Below are positions 50,003 to 59,025 of a stretch of 64,000 bases of DNA, piece after piece (the first letter of the stretch is position 1; every line of letters begins with the position of its first letter). Where the stretch lies: assembly GCA_958296135.2 (NCBI GenBank), contig CATQHZ020000001.1:2304001-2368000 (forward strand), given 5' to 3'. The notes beneath the pieces are model-generated. The model was not told the DNA's origin, searched no databases, and worked only from the letters and a program-made list of their open reading frames with translations. The position numbers were made by a program, and so were the translations under genes. The DNA is from an uncultured Poribacteria bacterium (GTDB taxonomy: Bacteria; Poribacteria; WGA-4E; WGA-3G).

Positions 50003-51079
50003 TTATTGGGGGCGGTAGCGTGCCTTGTCTGCCGCTTCAACTGTATCTTCACCGAGCGATAGGCTGAATCTTGCCGCGCATTCCTGCAACTGCGTGTGGA
50101 TAGTGTCCGGTATCTCAATGCCGCTGACGAGTCTTTGCACGCGGGTGCGATGTTCAAAATCACCAGGGACTAACACTTCGTCAAACCCAGAAGCAGGCGG
50201 TGTCGCCTTGATGCCGTCTAAAAACGCGCGCACCCCTTTCTGATACGCGGCCAACGGCGTAAAGGCAGCCGGACGAATTACCTGCATGAAAATGCCGTTC
50301 ATGCGTCCCGTGTCAACGTCAAATGTTCCCGCCAATCCCCCGAGCAAGCAGGTAAACATGGAGAGCGCGTAACCTTTATGTTTACCGAAAGCCAGCAGTG
50401 CGCCGCCATCATAGAAATCGGCAGGTTTGACACTCGGCGCGCCGTGCTTGTCTAAAATACAGCCCTCCGGCAGCTCGGTGCCTTTGCTCCGCGCCACCTG
50501 AATTTTCCCCTCGGCTACGACACTAGTGGCGTAGTCAACGATAAACGGCGATGCGTCCCCTGTCGGCACACCGATGGCGATAGGGTTCGTGCTAAATCGC
50601 CCTTTCGCACCGCCGTAAGGCACCGTCGGCCCCGCGCCCTCGCCGCCCATGCCGACGGTGATGAGCCCGATGCAGCCCGCCGCGGCGGCTTGCTCAGCAT
50701 ATTCTCCCAAACGCCCGATATGCCCGGTGTTGGAGATGCTGACGCAACAGGAGACATCCGCTTGTGCCTTTTCAATCGCCCGTCTCATGCTCCAGCGCGA
50801 CGTATAGTGTCCAAAACCGCCGCCGCCATCAAGGCGTAACGTATTCGCAGTCTCAGCGAGGATGGCAGGCTCGGCAGCCGGGTTGAGGTAACCGCCATCG
50901 ATGCCTCTCAGATAGGCAGGGACGCGGAGCACGCCGTGGGAATCGTGCCCGGCGAGGTTCGCCTTGACGAGAATCTCGGCGACATCCTCGGCGATGTGCC
51001 GGGACGCACCGGCGGCAACAAAGATATTTCTCGCAATCGCGTGCAGGCGCGGGGCCTGAAATAGATGGTTTTTTTCCAT
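50003..51079 (-). CDS. Ldh_2 family oxidoreductase, paralogue
   Basis: Same motifs; AAAAGGA SD before ATG 51079. Confidence 0.9.
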   Translation of the reverse strand: MEKNHLFQAPRLHAIARNIFVAAGASRHIAEDVAEILVKANLAGHDSHGVLRVPAYLRGIDGGYLNPAAEPAILAETANTLRLDGGGGFGHYTSRWSMRRAIEKAQADVSCCVSISNTGHIGRLGEYAEQAAAAGCIGLITVGMGGEGAGPTVPYGGAKGRFSTNPIAIGVPTGDASPFIVDYATSVVAEGKIQVARSKGTELPEGCILDKHGAPSVKPADFYDGGALLAFGKHKGYALSMFTCLLGGLAGTFDVDTGRMNGIFMQVIRPAAFTPLAAYQKGVRAFLDGIKATPPASGFDEVLVPGDFEHRTRVQRLVSGIEIPDTIHTQLQECAARFSLSLGEDTVEAADKARYRPQ

Positions 51080-51198
51080 AAGGGTATCGTTCCTTTTGTG
51101 TCCAAGTCTTTCTTCGCGGTGAGATGCGGGGTAGCGCAACTCGCGTGACATTATGACAGATTTCCCGATTTTTGTCAATCAGATTCCGCGAACATGAT

Positions 51199-51804
51199 TT
51201 ATGCCTGCTGGTTTACCATACTCGCAAGGATGCCGAGAATCTTGTCACACTGTGCGATCTGGTAGGGTGCCATATCCATAGAGAGGGTTTGCGCCTCCAA
51301 TTTCAGGAACCGCCACAGGATACCTGTCGTGGTGGCACCATAAACGCGCGGGATGTCATTCCCTTTTTGGGCATTAAAGCGCTGCGCCGCTAGCATCTCT
51401 GCAACACATTGCCCGAGGCCGCTTTCAAGTTTATCATTCTTTGCCTCAACAAGAATGATAACAGGGGCCTCAACAAACGCTTGCCAGGGTGACAAACTTA
51501 TCAAAAAATCGCACACACCGACTAAGCCGCTCTCGTCATCCACATTGAAGTCAATCCCCGAAAACAGACTGATACGACGCTCAAAGTGCTCCCGGAGCTC
51601 AAACAGAACCTCGGAGACAATCAGCTCCGACTTCGCTTTCTCCGTGCCGATAGCCGTCGCTAACGGGACTTTTTGCTCCAACGCCGTGGAAAGATACGCG
51701 CTCGGCTCCACCGGTTCAACGTCAGCAAAGAGCCCCGCGGCGTTAGTCCTTTCCAACTGAAACTCTTGCAGCACCGCTTGTAAAGTAAAGTTGCTATACG
51801 CCAT
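51199..51804 (-). CDS. PD-(D/E)XK-like hypothetical protein, array copy H
   Basis: 201 aa; TEKAKSE, GVCDF, VEAK, GQCVAEM, YGATT.G..W. Confidence 0.8.
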   Translation of the reverse strand: MAYSNFTLQAVLQEFQLERTNAAGLFADVEPVEPSAYLSTALEQKVPLATAIGTEKAKSELIVSEVLFELREHFERRISLFSGIDFNVDDESGLVGVCDFLISLSPWQAFVEAPVIILVEAKNDKLESGLGQCVAEMLAAQRFNAQKGNDIPRVYGATTTGILWRFLKLEAQTLSMDMAPYQIAQCDKILGILASMVNQQA

Positions 51805-51843
51805 GATGCAAGAACCTCCGCTGCCCGGCATCGCGCTGACAGT

Positions 51844-52449
51844 TCACGCCTGTTGGTTTACCATGCTTGCGAGGATGCCGAGGATCTTGTCGCAACGCTC
51901 AATGTGGTAGGCACCCATATCCATGTGGAGCCTCTTCCCCTCCAATTTCAGGAACCGCCACTCGGTGCCGGTGGTGGTGGCACCATAAACGCGCGGAATA
52001 TCGTTCCCTTTTTCCGCATTAAAGCGTTGCGCCGCAACCATCTCCGCAACACACTGCCCAAGCCCATGTTTCACATCCGCATTTTTGGCTTCCACGAGGA
52101 CAATGACAGGAGCCTCCACCTGTTCTTGCAATGCCGACAAACTGATAAGGAAATCACAGACACCGACGAGACCGGTTTGCTCATCTACGTTGAAGTCTAT
52201 CCCTGAAAAAAGACTGACACGGCCCTCAAAGTGCTCGCGGAGCTCAACCAGAATATCGGTAATAATCATCTCGGACTTGGCTTTCTCGGTCCCGATGGCA
52301 ATCGCTAATGGAGCCTTTTTCGCCAAGCCTGTGGTGAGATACTCACTCGGCTCCACCGGCTCTGCTTGAGCAAAAAGCCCGATAGACTGAACCGTTTCAA
52401 GCGCAAATGCCTTCCGTACAGAATCGAAGGTGAAATTGCTATACGCCAT
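51844..52449 (-). CDS. PD-(D/E)XK-like hypothetical protein, array copy G
   Basis: 201-aa paralogue. Confidence 0.8.
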   Translation of the reverse strand: MAYSNFTFDSVRKAFALETVQSIGLFAQAEPVEPSEYLTTGLAKKAPLAIAIGTEKAKSEMIITDILVELREHFEGRVSLFSGIDFNVDEQTGLVGVCDFLISLSALQEQVEAPVIVLVEAKNADVKHGLGQCVAEMVAAQRFNAEKGNDIPRVYGATTTGTEWRFLKLEGKRLHMDMGAYHIERCDKILGILASMVNQQA

Positions 52450-52455
52450 GATATG

Positions 52456-52695
52456 CTAACCTCCCGTGTCGTGATTTACGCTGCTCGCCAAGATGAGGAT
52501 ATCCGCGACAATCAACTCGGACTTCGCCTTCTCCGTGCCGATAGCCTTTGCTAACGGTGCCTTTTTTGACAAGGCTTTAGTAAGATATGCGCTCGGCACC
52601 ACCGGTTCGCTGTCAGCAAAAATGCTGGCACCATCAATTTCTTTTAACTGGAACGCTTCCGCCACCCTATCAAGCGTAAAACTGCTATACGGCAT
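52456..52695 (-). pseudogene. Internally deleted array copy F
   Basis: N-terminal ~67 aa (…TEKAKSELIVADIL) joined directly to C-terminal-like ILASSVN; catalytic region missing. Confidence 0.8.
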
Positions 52696-52734
52696 AACGA
52701 AAGAACCTCCGCTGCCCGGCATCGCACCAACAAT

Positions 52735-53340
52735 TCACGCCTGCTGTGTCACCATGCTCGCAAGGATGCCCAGAATCTTGTCGCACTGCGCAATTTGGTA
52801 GGCAGTTAGATCAATGGAGAGTGTCTGGCCCGCCAATTTCAGGAACAGCCAATCTAACCCCGACGTGGTGGCACCATAGACGCACGGAATGTCATTACCG
52901 GCTTCCGCATTAAAACGCTGCGCCGCCACCATCTCCGCAACACACTGCCCAAGCCCATCCGTCAGACTGTCCTTTTTGGCCTCCACGAGGACGATAACCG
53001 GTGCCTTCACAGACATTCGGTTTGGGGACAAACTTACTAAAAAATCGCACACCCCGGTCAACTCTTTATCGGCATCAACGTTGAAATCAACACCCGAGAA
53101 AAGACTGATACGCCCGTCAAAATTCTCGCAGAGTTCAACCAAAATATCGGCAACGATGAGTTCCGATTTCGCCTTCTCGGTGTTCATAGCGATGGCTAAC
53201 GGTGCCTTTTTCGCCAAACCGGTGGTAAGATATCCGCTCGGTATCACCGGCTCTGCTTCAGAAAAGAGTCCGGTAGTCCAGCGCGTCTCTAACTGAAAGG
53301 CTTCTTCCACCGTATCTACGGTAAAGTCGCTATACGCCAT
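52735..53340 (-). CDS. PD-(D/E)XK-like hypothetical protein, array copy E
   Basis: 201-aa paralogue. Confidence 0.8.
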   Translation of the reverse strand: MAYSDFTVDTVEEAFQLETRWTTGLFSEAEPVIPSGYLTTGLAKKAPLAIAMNTEKAKSELIVADILVELCENFDGRISLFSGVDFNVDADKELTGVCDFLVSLSPNRMSVKAPVIVLVEAKKDSLTDGLGQCVAEMVAAQRFNAEAGNDIPCVYGATTSGLDWLFLKLAGQTLSIDLTAYQIAQCDKILGILASMVTQQA

Positions 53341-53376
53341 GAGGAGAAACCTCCTGTGCTCGGCAGCACCGGCAGT

Positions 53377-53982
53377 TCACACCTGCTGTGTCACCATGCT
53401 CGCAAGGATACCCAGAATTCTGTCGCAACGTTCGATTTGGTAGACTTTCAAGTCAACAGAGAGCGTCTGTTCCGCCAACTTGAAGAACAGCCACTCGGTG
53501 CCAGACGTGGTGGCACCATAGACGCACGGAATGTCATTACCGGCTTCCGCATTAAAGCGCTGCGCCGCAACCATCTCCGCAACACACTGCCCGACTCCCT
53601 GCTTCACATCCGCATTCTTCGCCTCAACCAGCGCGATAACAGGAGCCTCCAAATCAAATGTCTCGGGCGACAAACTCACCAAAAAATCACACACACCTGT
53701 CAAGCCGTTGGAGGCATCTACGTTGAAGTCGATACCCGAAAAAAGACTCACGCGGTTATCAAAGTGTAAGCACAACTCTACGAGAATGTCCGAGACAATC
53801 AGTTCCGATTTCGCTTTCTCGGTACCCATCGCCAGCGCAAACGGCAGATTCCGCTCCAAGGAAGCCGTGAGATGAGCACTCGGCTCCACCGGCGCAATCT
53901 CCGAAAAAAGCCCGAACCGCCGAACCGTCTCCAAGTGAAAGGTGCGCGACACCTTGCTTAAGGTAAAACTGCTATACGCCAT
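53377..53982 (-). CDS. PD-(D/E)XK-like hypothetical protein, array copy D
   Basis: 201-aa paralogue, AGGAGG SD. Confidence 0.8.
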   Translation of the reverse strand: MAYSSFTLSKVSRTFHLETVRRFGLFSEIAPVEPSAHLTASLERNLPFALAMGTEKAKSELIVSDILVELCLHFDNRVSLFSGIDFNVDASNGLTGVCDFLVSLSPETFDLEAPVIALVEAKNADVKQGVGQCVAEMVAAQRFNAEAGNDIPCVYGATTSGTEWLFFKLAEQTLSVDLKVYQIERCDRILGILASMVTQQV

Positions 53983-54021
53983 AATGAGAAATCCTCCTAT
54001 CTTCGGCAACGCACCGGCAGC

Positions 54022-54627
54022 TCACGCCTCTTGCGACACCATGCTGGCGAGGATACCCAGAATTTTGTCGCACTGCGAAAGTGGGTAGACTGTCAGGTCA
54101 ATGGAGAGTGTCTGGCCCGCCAATTTCAGGAACAGCCACTCGGTGCCAGACGTGGTGGCACCATAGACACATGGGATGTCATTACCGGCTTCCGCATTAA
54201 AGCGCTGCGCCGCAACCATCTCCGCAACACACTGCCCGACTCCCTGCTTTACATCCGCATTCTTCGCCTCAACCAGCGCGATAACAGGGGCCTCCAAATC
54301 AAAGCGCTGGGGTGACAGACTCACCAAAAAATCACACACACCCGTCAAACCGTTGGAGGCATCTACGTTGAAGTCAATACCCGAAAAAAGACTCACGCGG
54401 TCCGCAAAGTGTAAACACAGCTCAATGAGAACTGGGGAGACAATCAGTTCCGATTTCGCCTTCTCCGTACCCATCGTCAGCGCAAACGGCAGATTCCGCT
54501 TCAGGACCGTGGTGAGCGGCGCGCTCGGCTCCACCGGCGCAATCTCCGAAAAGAGACCGAACTTCCAAACCGTCTCCAGATGAAAGGCGCGCGACACTTT
54601 GCTTAAGGTAAAACTGCTATACGCCAT
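54022..54627 (-). CDS. PD-(D/E)XK-like hypothetical protein, array copy C
   Basis: 201-aa paralogue, AGGAGG SD. Confidence 0.8.
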   Translation of the reverse strand: MAYSSFTLSKVSRAFHLETVWKFGLFSEIAPVEPSAPLTTVLKRNLPFALTMGTEKAKSELIVSPVLIELCLHFADRVSLFSGIDFNVDASNGLTGVCDFLVSLSPQRFDLEAPVIALVEAKNADVKQGVGQCVAEMVAAQRFNAEAGNDIPCVYGATTSGTEWLFLKLAGQTLSIDLTVYPLSQCDKILGILASMVSQEA

Positions 54628-54666
54628 GATGAGAAATCCTCCTATCTTTGGCAACGCACCGGCAGC

Positions 54667-55272
54667 TCACGCCTCTTGCGACACCATACTCGCAAGGATA
54701 CCCAGAATTTTGTCGCACTGCAAGAGTGGGTAGACTGTCAGATCTATGGAGAGTGTCTGGCTCGCCAATTTCAGAAACAGCCACTCGGTGCCAGACGTGG
54801 TGGCACCATAGACACACGGGATGTCATTGCCGGCTTCCGCATTAAAGCGCTGCGCGGCAACCATCTCCGCAACACACTGCCCAAGCCCATCTGTCAGACT
54901 GTCCCTTTTAGCTTCAACGAGGATGATAGCCGGGGCCTCTAAATCAAAGGCCTGGGGTGACAGACTCACCAAAAAATCACACACACCCGTCAAACCGTTG
55001 GAGGCATCCACATTGAAATCTATCCCCGAAAAAAGACTCACGCGGTCCGCAAAGTGCAAGCAGAGCTCCACCAAAACCGGCGCAACAATCAATTCCGATT
55101 TCGCCTTCTCCGTACCCATCGTCAGCGCAAACGGCAGATGCCGCTTCAAGCAGGCCGTGAGATGAGCACTCGGCTCCACCGGCGCAATCTCCGAAAAAAG
55201 CCCGAACCGCCGAACCGTCTCCAAGTGAAAGGCGCGCGACACCTTGCTTAAGGTAAAACTGCTATACGCCAT
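54667..55272 (-). CDS. PD-(D/E)XK-like hypothetical protein, array copy B
   Basis: 201-aa paralogue, AGGAGG SD. Confidence 0.8.
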   Translation of the reverse strand: MAYSSFTLSKVSRAFHLETVRRFGLFSEIAPVEPSAHLTACLKRHLPFALTMGTEKAKSELIVAPVLVELCLHFADRVSLFSGIDFNVDASNGLTGVCDFLVSLSPQAFDLEAPAIILVEAKRDSLTDGLGQCVAEMVAAQRFNAEAGNDIPCVYGATTSGTEWLFLKLASQTLSIDLTVYPLLQCDKILGILASMVSQEA

Positions 55273-55312
55273 GATGAGAAATCCTCCTATCTTTGGCAAC
55301 GCCCCCGGCAAC

Positions 55313-55918
55313 TCACGCCTCTTGCGACACCATACTCGCAAGGATACCCAGAATCTTGTCGCACTGCGAGAGTTGGTAGGCCGTCATGTCTATGGAGAGT
55401 GTCTGGCCCGCCAATTTCAGGAACAGCCAATCTAACCCCGACGTGGTGGCACCATAGATGCACGGAATGTCATTGCCGGCTTCCGCATTAAAACGCTGCG
55501 CCGCAACCATCTCCGCAACACACTGCCCAAGCCCATCTATCAGACTATCCCTCTTTGCTTCGACGAGGATGATAGCCGGCGCCTCTAAATCAACGAGCTG
55601 GGGCGACAGACTCACCAAAAAATCGCACACACCCGTCAAACCGTTGCTGGCATCTACGTTGAAGTCAATACCCGAAAAAAGACTCACGCGGTGCTCAAAG
55701 CGTAAACACAACTCAATGAGAACTTGGGCGACAATCAACTCCGATTTCGCCTTCTCCGTACCCATCGTCAGCGCAAACGGCAGATTCCGCTCCAAGACCG
55801 TGGTGAGCGCTGCACTCGGCTCCACCGGCGCAATCTCCGAAAAAATACCGCGCTTCCAAACCGTCTCCAAGTGAAAGGCGCGCGACACTTTGCTTAAGGT
55901 AAAACTGCTATATGCCAT
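55313..55918 (-). CDS. PD-(D/E)XK-like hypothetical protein, array copy A (promoter-proximal)
   Basis: 201-aa paralogue, AGGAGG SD. Confidence 0.8.
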   Translation of the reverse strand: MAYSSFTLSKVSRAFHLETVWKRGIFSEIAPVEPSAALTTVLERNLPFALTMGTEKAKSELIVAQVLIELCLRFEHRVSLFSGIDFNVDASNGLTGVCDFLVSLSPQLVDLEAPAIILVEAKRDSLIDGLGQCVAEMVAAQRFNAEAGNDIPCIYGATTSGLDWLFLKLAGQTLSIDMTAYQLSQCDKILGILASMVSQEA

Positions 55919-55951
55919 GAGGAGAAACCCTCCTAACTATTATCTTTTTTT

Positions 55952-55980
55952 ATTATAACCGATTTCTCAGCAAAATGCAA
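55952..55980 (-). promoter_or_regulatory. sigma70-like promoter of the array
   Basis: TTGCAT-17-TATAAT on minus strand. Confidence 0.6.
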
Positions 55981-55992
55981 GCAAAATCGAAC

Positions 55993-58884
55993 CTACGATT
56001 TCTTCCCACCGTTGATGCTCGGCTCCCGACATAGCATCCGCCGCAACAGCGCAAGCCCCTCATGCACATCCGGACGCGCTGCCGCCGAAATGCTGAGAAC
56101 CTCCGATAACAACAGCCCATCCAACTCCCACCGATGTTCATCGCGTTTTTCCGCTATATCCATTTCATTGAATGGACGCAACTCTCGCCCCTTCAGCGCG
56201 TGGAAAATCCGTTCGGCACGAGCCAAGGCCGCATCCGATAATTGGCGGACATCTAGCGTCGGCATCGAATCAAACGCCGCACGACTCAACTTCCCGCGGC
56301 CCTGCTGTTGCTTACCACTGTGCAGCCAGTGGCAGAGCAAACCAAACGTCGAATTGCACCACAACGTCCACGCATACTCGTATCTCTCGTCCGAGAAATA
56401 TACGTTAGGAATCAAAGCGATGCCGAGAGATTTCTCTTCAGTGAACATCACCGCCAATGAATTCGCATTGAACCGCATCTCCAAATTATAGTGGACGCGG
56501 CTGTTCAGTTGCAAGATACGCTGCACCTTTTCCGCCATATTCGGACGCGGCATCGCGTGCGCATCAGGGGCAACTCGCATCGTTCGCTGCGAATCCGAAC
56601 GTACATGCCACAAAACAGGATACTGCGCCGTGTCAGGACACGCCTTCACAACGTCAAATGCCCCTCTGCCGCTGCCACCGTATATATCCTTGGGGCCCGT
56701 CCCAAGCGTCCCGATTTCGGATGCGGCACAAATTGGCAGGCGAATATCTGAAGTCTGCCGCGGCAGTCGCAGCACGCCGTTCGCGAGATGATACGCCGAT
56801 TGGACAGCAATCATGTCCTTGACACGCGAGACAGGCCAGGCACTATTATTTTCAGGTAAGCGCGCGGAGATGACATGTCCTAGCGTCTCATCGCCGACGT
56901 TGAGCGGCGCACCGCCGCCAAGCACATCTTCGTCAAGATGACGGCTCCCCTTCCGCAGATGAATCTGTCTCGCAATTTCCTGCGCCTCCAATTCGCCATC
57001 GGGACATCTGTCAAGACAGACGAACGTCGCGCTGCCAGTGTTCTGCCCCGCGCCTTTCGTTGCGACGACGAGACACTCCGCTATCCCCGTATCTGCTGAG
57101 AACGTGCACGCCTCAATGTCGGGATTCGCAATGCTGATGACAATCACATCGTGATATTCGTGCGCCCACATGCCGCGCACCTTATACCAACTATTTCCGG
57201 TGATAACCGTTAAGGGAAGCACAAACGCCATCTTGCCACCCCGCTTTAGCATTCTGTCGGCAAGATCGACGAAGGACGCGCCAAGTCCAGGGTTGTTACC
57301 AGAGAGCCGTCCTTTTTGGGCCCGCAGCGACGCGCGCATCGCTGCATCAACCTTCTTGTCGGCGAAGATATTCTTCGGCATGTTCGCATTCGGATCTGCG
57401 CTCCGAGTATACGGTGGATTTTGGATGACGATATCCATCTCGCCGTGACGAAACGCTTCCTGGAGAGCCGTCGTCTCCATGCTGTGCCCAGTCGTCATCT
57501 CCGTTGTCCCTAATAGGAGAGGCAGCGTGCCGCCCGGGTCGTTCAATAGATTCAGTGCACCGATGCCGTAGAGCCCATCTTCGCGCACAGTACCGTAGGA
57601 CATCGTATGGATACGCGTGGAGCCAATGCAGGTTTGCGGCTGGGTACTGGCGATGATAGCCGCCGTGAGATGCACCGCGTTCGGCAAAATGTCACACCCA
57701 ACGAGGTTCTGCTCTAGCATCTGCTGATGGATGTCCGCTGCATCGCCGCCGGCTTGTTCATGCAACAGGCGGAGGCGTTGATAAACGCCGTTGAGGAGAG
57801 AACCCGTGCCGCAAGCAAAATCCGCAACCTTCGGAAGGGCATCCATCTCTCCAAGCGAAGGTAAAACCAACGCGCAAAGGAGCGCAGAAGATTCCGGGCG
57901 CGTATAGTTTGCCTTGATAATCTTCCGGTCGGCGATGAGTCTCTGGAAGACGATGCCGGCGAGCTCGTGCTCCTGCGCGAGCCCCATCAGCTCCAAATCG
58001 CGCGCCGTGTCACGAAGCACACTCAGCACCTTGCCCACCAGTTTATCGTCTGCACTGAGAATCCGGACGAGTTGATAGGCTACGTTGAAAATCGGCGCAT
58101 AGTTCACCTTTTGGATAGCGCGCCACGCTCTTAGCACCTCGTCGGAGTCAAGCTGCCCGTAAGCAGCGATGAGTTCGCTGAGCGACGGCACCTCTTCCAG
58201 AGCCGGCGTTCGCCCGAGGTAACTTTGGAAAACGAGCGCGTTGCTGATGATGAGCATCGCCAACTGGTTCGTCTGTTCACCCGGTTCCTGCACGAGGATA
58301 CCCCCGATTTTCTCACCGAGCCGCGGACGCTGTTGGAGAGCCCCATCAACGATAGCAGCAGCGCGCCGGATACCATGCTCCAGAATTTTGGCGGCCTGCT
58401 CTATCTTGGCAATCGGCATCGCACCGATGGTAATAGCCATCGCGATATCGGCGATGCTACCCGCCAGCCAACCCCTTTTTGGGAAGCGGCGCGGCTCGTC
58501 AACGTTGAGCAAAATATAGCGGAACGCTTCCTCTGCCTCAAGACTCGCGCGAATTGCGTCCCTCGGCATCGTCCTGAATGCATGCGGAATGCGAATTGCG
58601 ATGGCACTCGCAACCGGCTGCAGCGTCGTCTTGAGCGTTTTGCCGAGGTAATGCAGACGTGCCTGTTCTTCGCCAGCCTCGTTTGCCCCGCGTGCCGTGT
58701 CAATTTTCACCTCAATGGCGAGTGGATATCGTTCAGTTGTCCGAACAATTGCATCCGGTTTCCGGTCATTTTCGACGAAGGGTTGCGGTGCCTGCTCATC
58801 AATATCCCATTTTGAACGCATCGGCGTTAAAATGTCAAGGAACATGGTGGTGATGGTATCTTCGCTGCTGCGGTGTTGGTTCAT
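55993..58884 (-). CDS. Type IIG-like fused endonuclease / amino-DNA methyltransferase, 963 aa
   Basis: N-terminal KPDAIV...AIEVK; NYTRP, DFACGTGSLL (motif I), IQNPPY (motif IV), MAFVLP; upstream TTGACA-17-GATAAT. Confidence 0.8.
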   Translation of the reverse strand: MNQHRSSEDTITTMFLDILTPMRSKWDIDEQAPQPFVENDRKPDAIVRTTERYPLAIEVKIDTARGANEAGEEQARLHYLGKTLKTTLQPVASAIAIRIPHAFRTMPRDAIRASLEAEEAFRYILLNVDEPRRFPKRGWLAGSIADIAMAITIGAMPIAKIEQAAKILEHGIRRAAAIVDGALQQRPRLGEKIGGILVQEPGEQTNQLAMLIISNALVFQSYLGRTPALEEVPSLSELIAAYGQLDSDEVLRAWRAIQKVNYAPIFNVAYQLVRILSADDKLVGKVLSVLRDTARDLELMGLAQEHELAGIVFQRLIADRKIIKANYTRPESSALLCALVLPSLGEMDALPKVADFACGTGSLLNGVYQRLRLLHEQAGGDAADIHQQMLEQNLVGCDILPNAVHLTAAIIASTQPQTCIGSTRIHTMSYGTVREDGLYGIGALNLLNDPGGTLPLLLGTTEMTTGHSMETTALQEAFRHGEMDIVIQNPPYTRSADPNANMPKNIFADKKVDAAMRASLRAQKGRLSGNNPGLGASFVDLADRMLKRGGKMAFVLPLTVITGNSWYKVRGMWAHEYHDVIVISIANPDIEACTFSADTGIAECLVVATKGAGQNTGSATFVCLDRCPDGELEAQEIARQIHLRKGSRHLDEDVLGGGAPLNVGDETLGHVISARLPENNSAWPVSRVKDMIAVQSAYHLANGVLRLPRQTSDIRLPICAASEIGTLGTGPKDIYGGSGRGAFDVVKACPDTAQYPVLWHVRSDSQRTMRVAPDAHAMPRPNMAEKVQRILQLNSRVHYNLEMRFNANSLAVMFTEEKSLGIALIPNVYFSDERYEYAWTLWCNSTFGLLCHWLHSGKQQQGRGKLSRAAFDSMPTLDVRQLSDAALARAERIFHALKGRELRPFNEMDIAEKRDEHRWELDGLLLSEVLSISAAARPDVHEGLALLRRMLCREPSINGGKKS

Positions 58885-59025
58885 GCTGCTCTCCTTTTTC
58901 GGGGTGGTTCTTCATCATCATCCATTATCTCGGATTTGCATCTGGATGTCAAGTCGTTTTTTGTTGTCTGAATACCGAAAACCTGCTATCATATCCAAAA
59001 CCCGCATTTTCAGGAGAAGCACATT

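Noticed and set aside
51199-55918. Integron cassette array
   Set aside because: Spacers are only 36-40 bp, lack RYYYAAC/GTTRRRY attC structure, all genes are paralogues, and no integrase is present.
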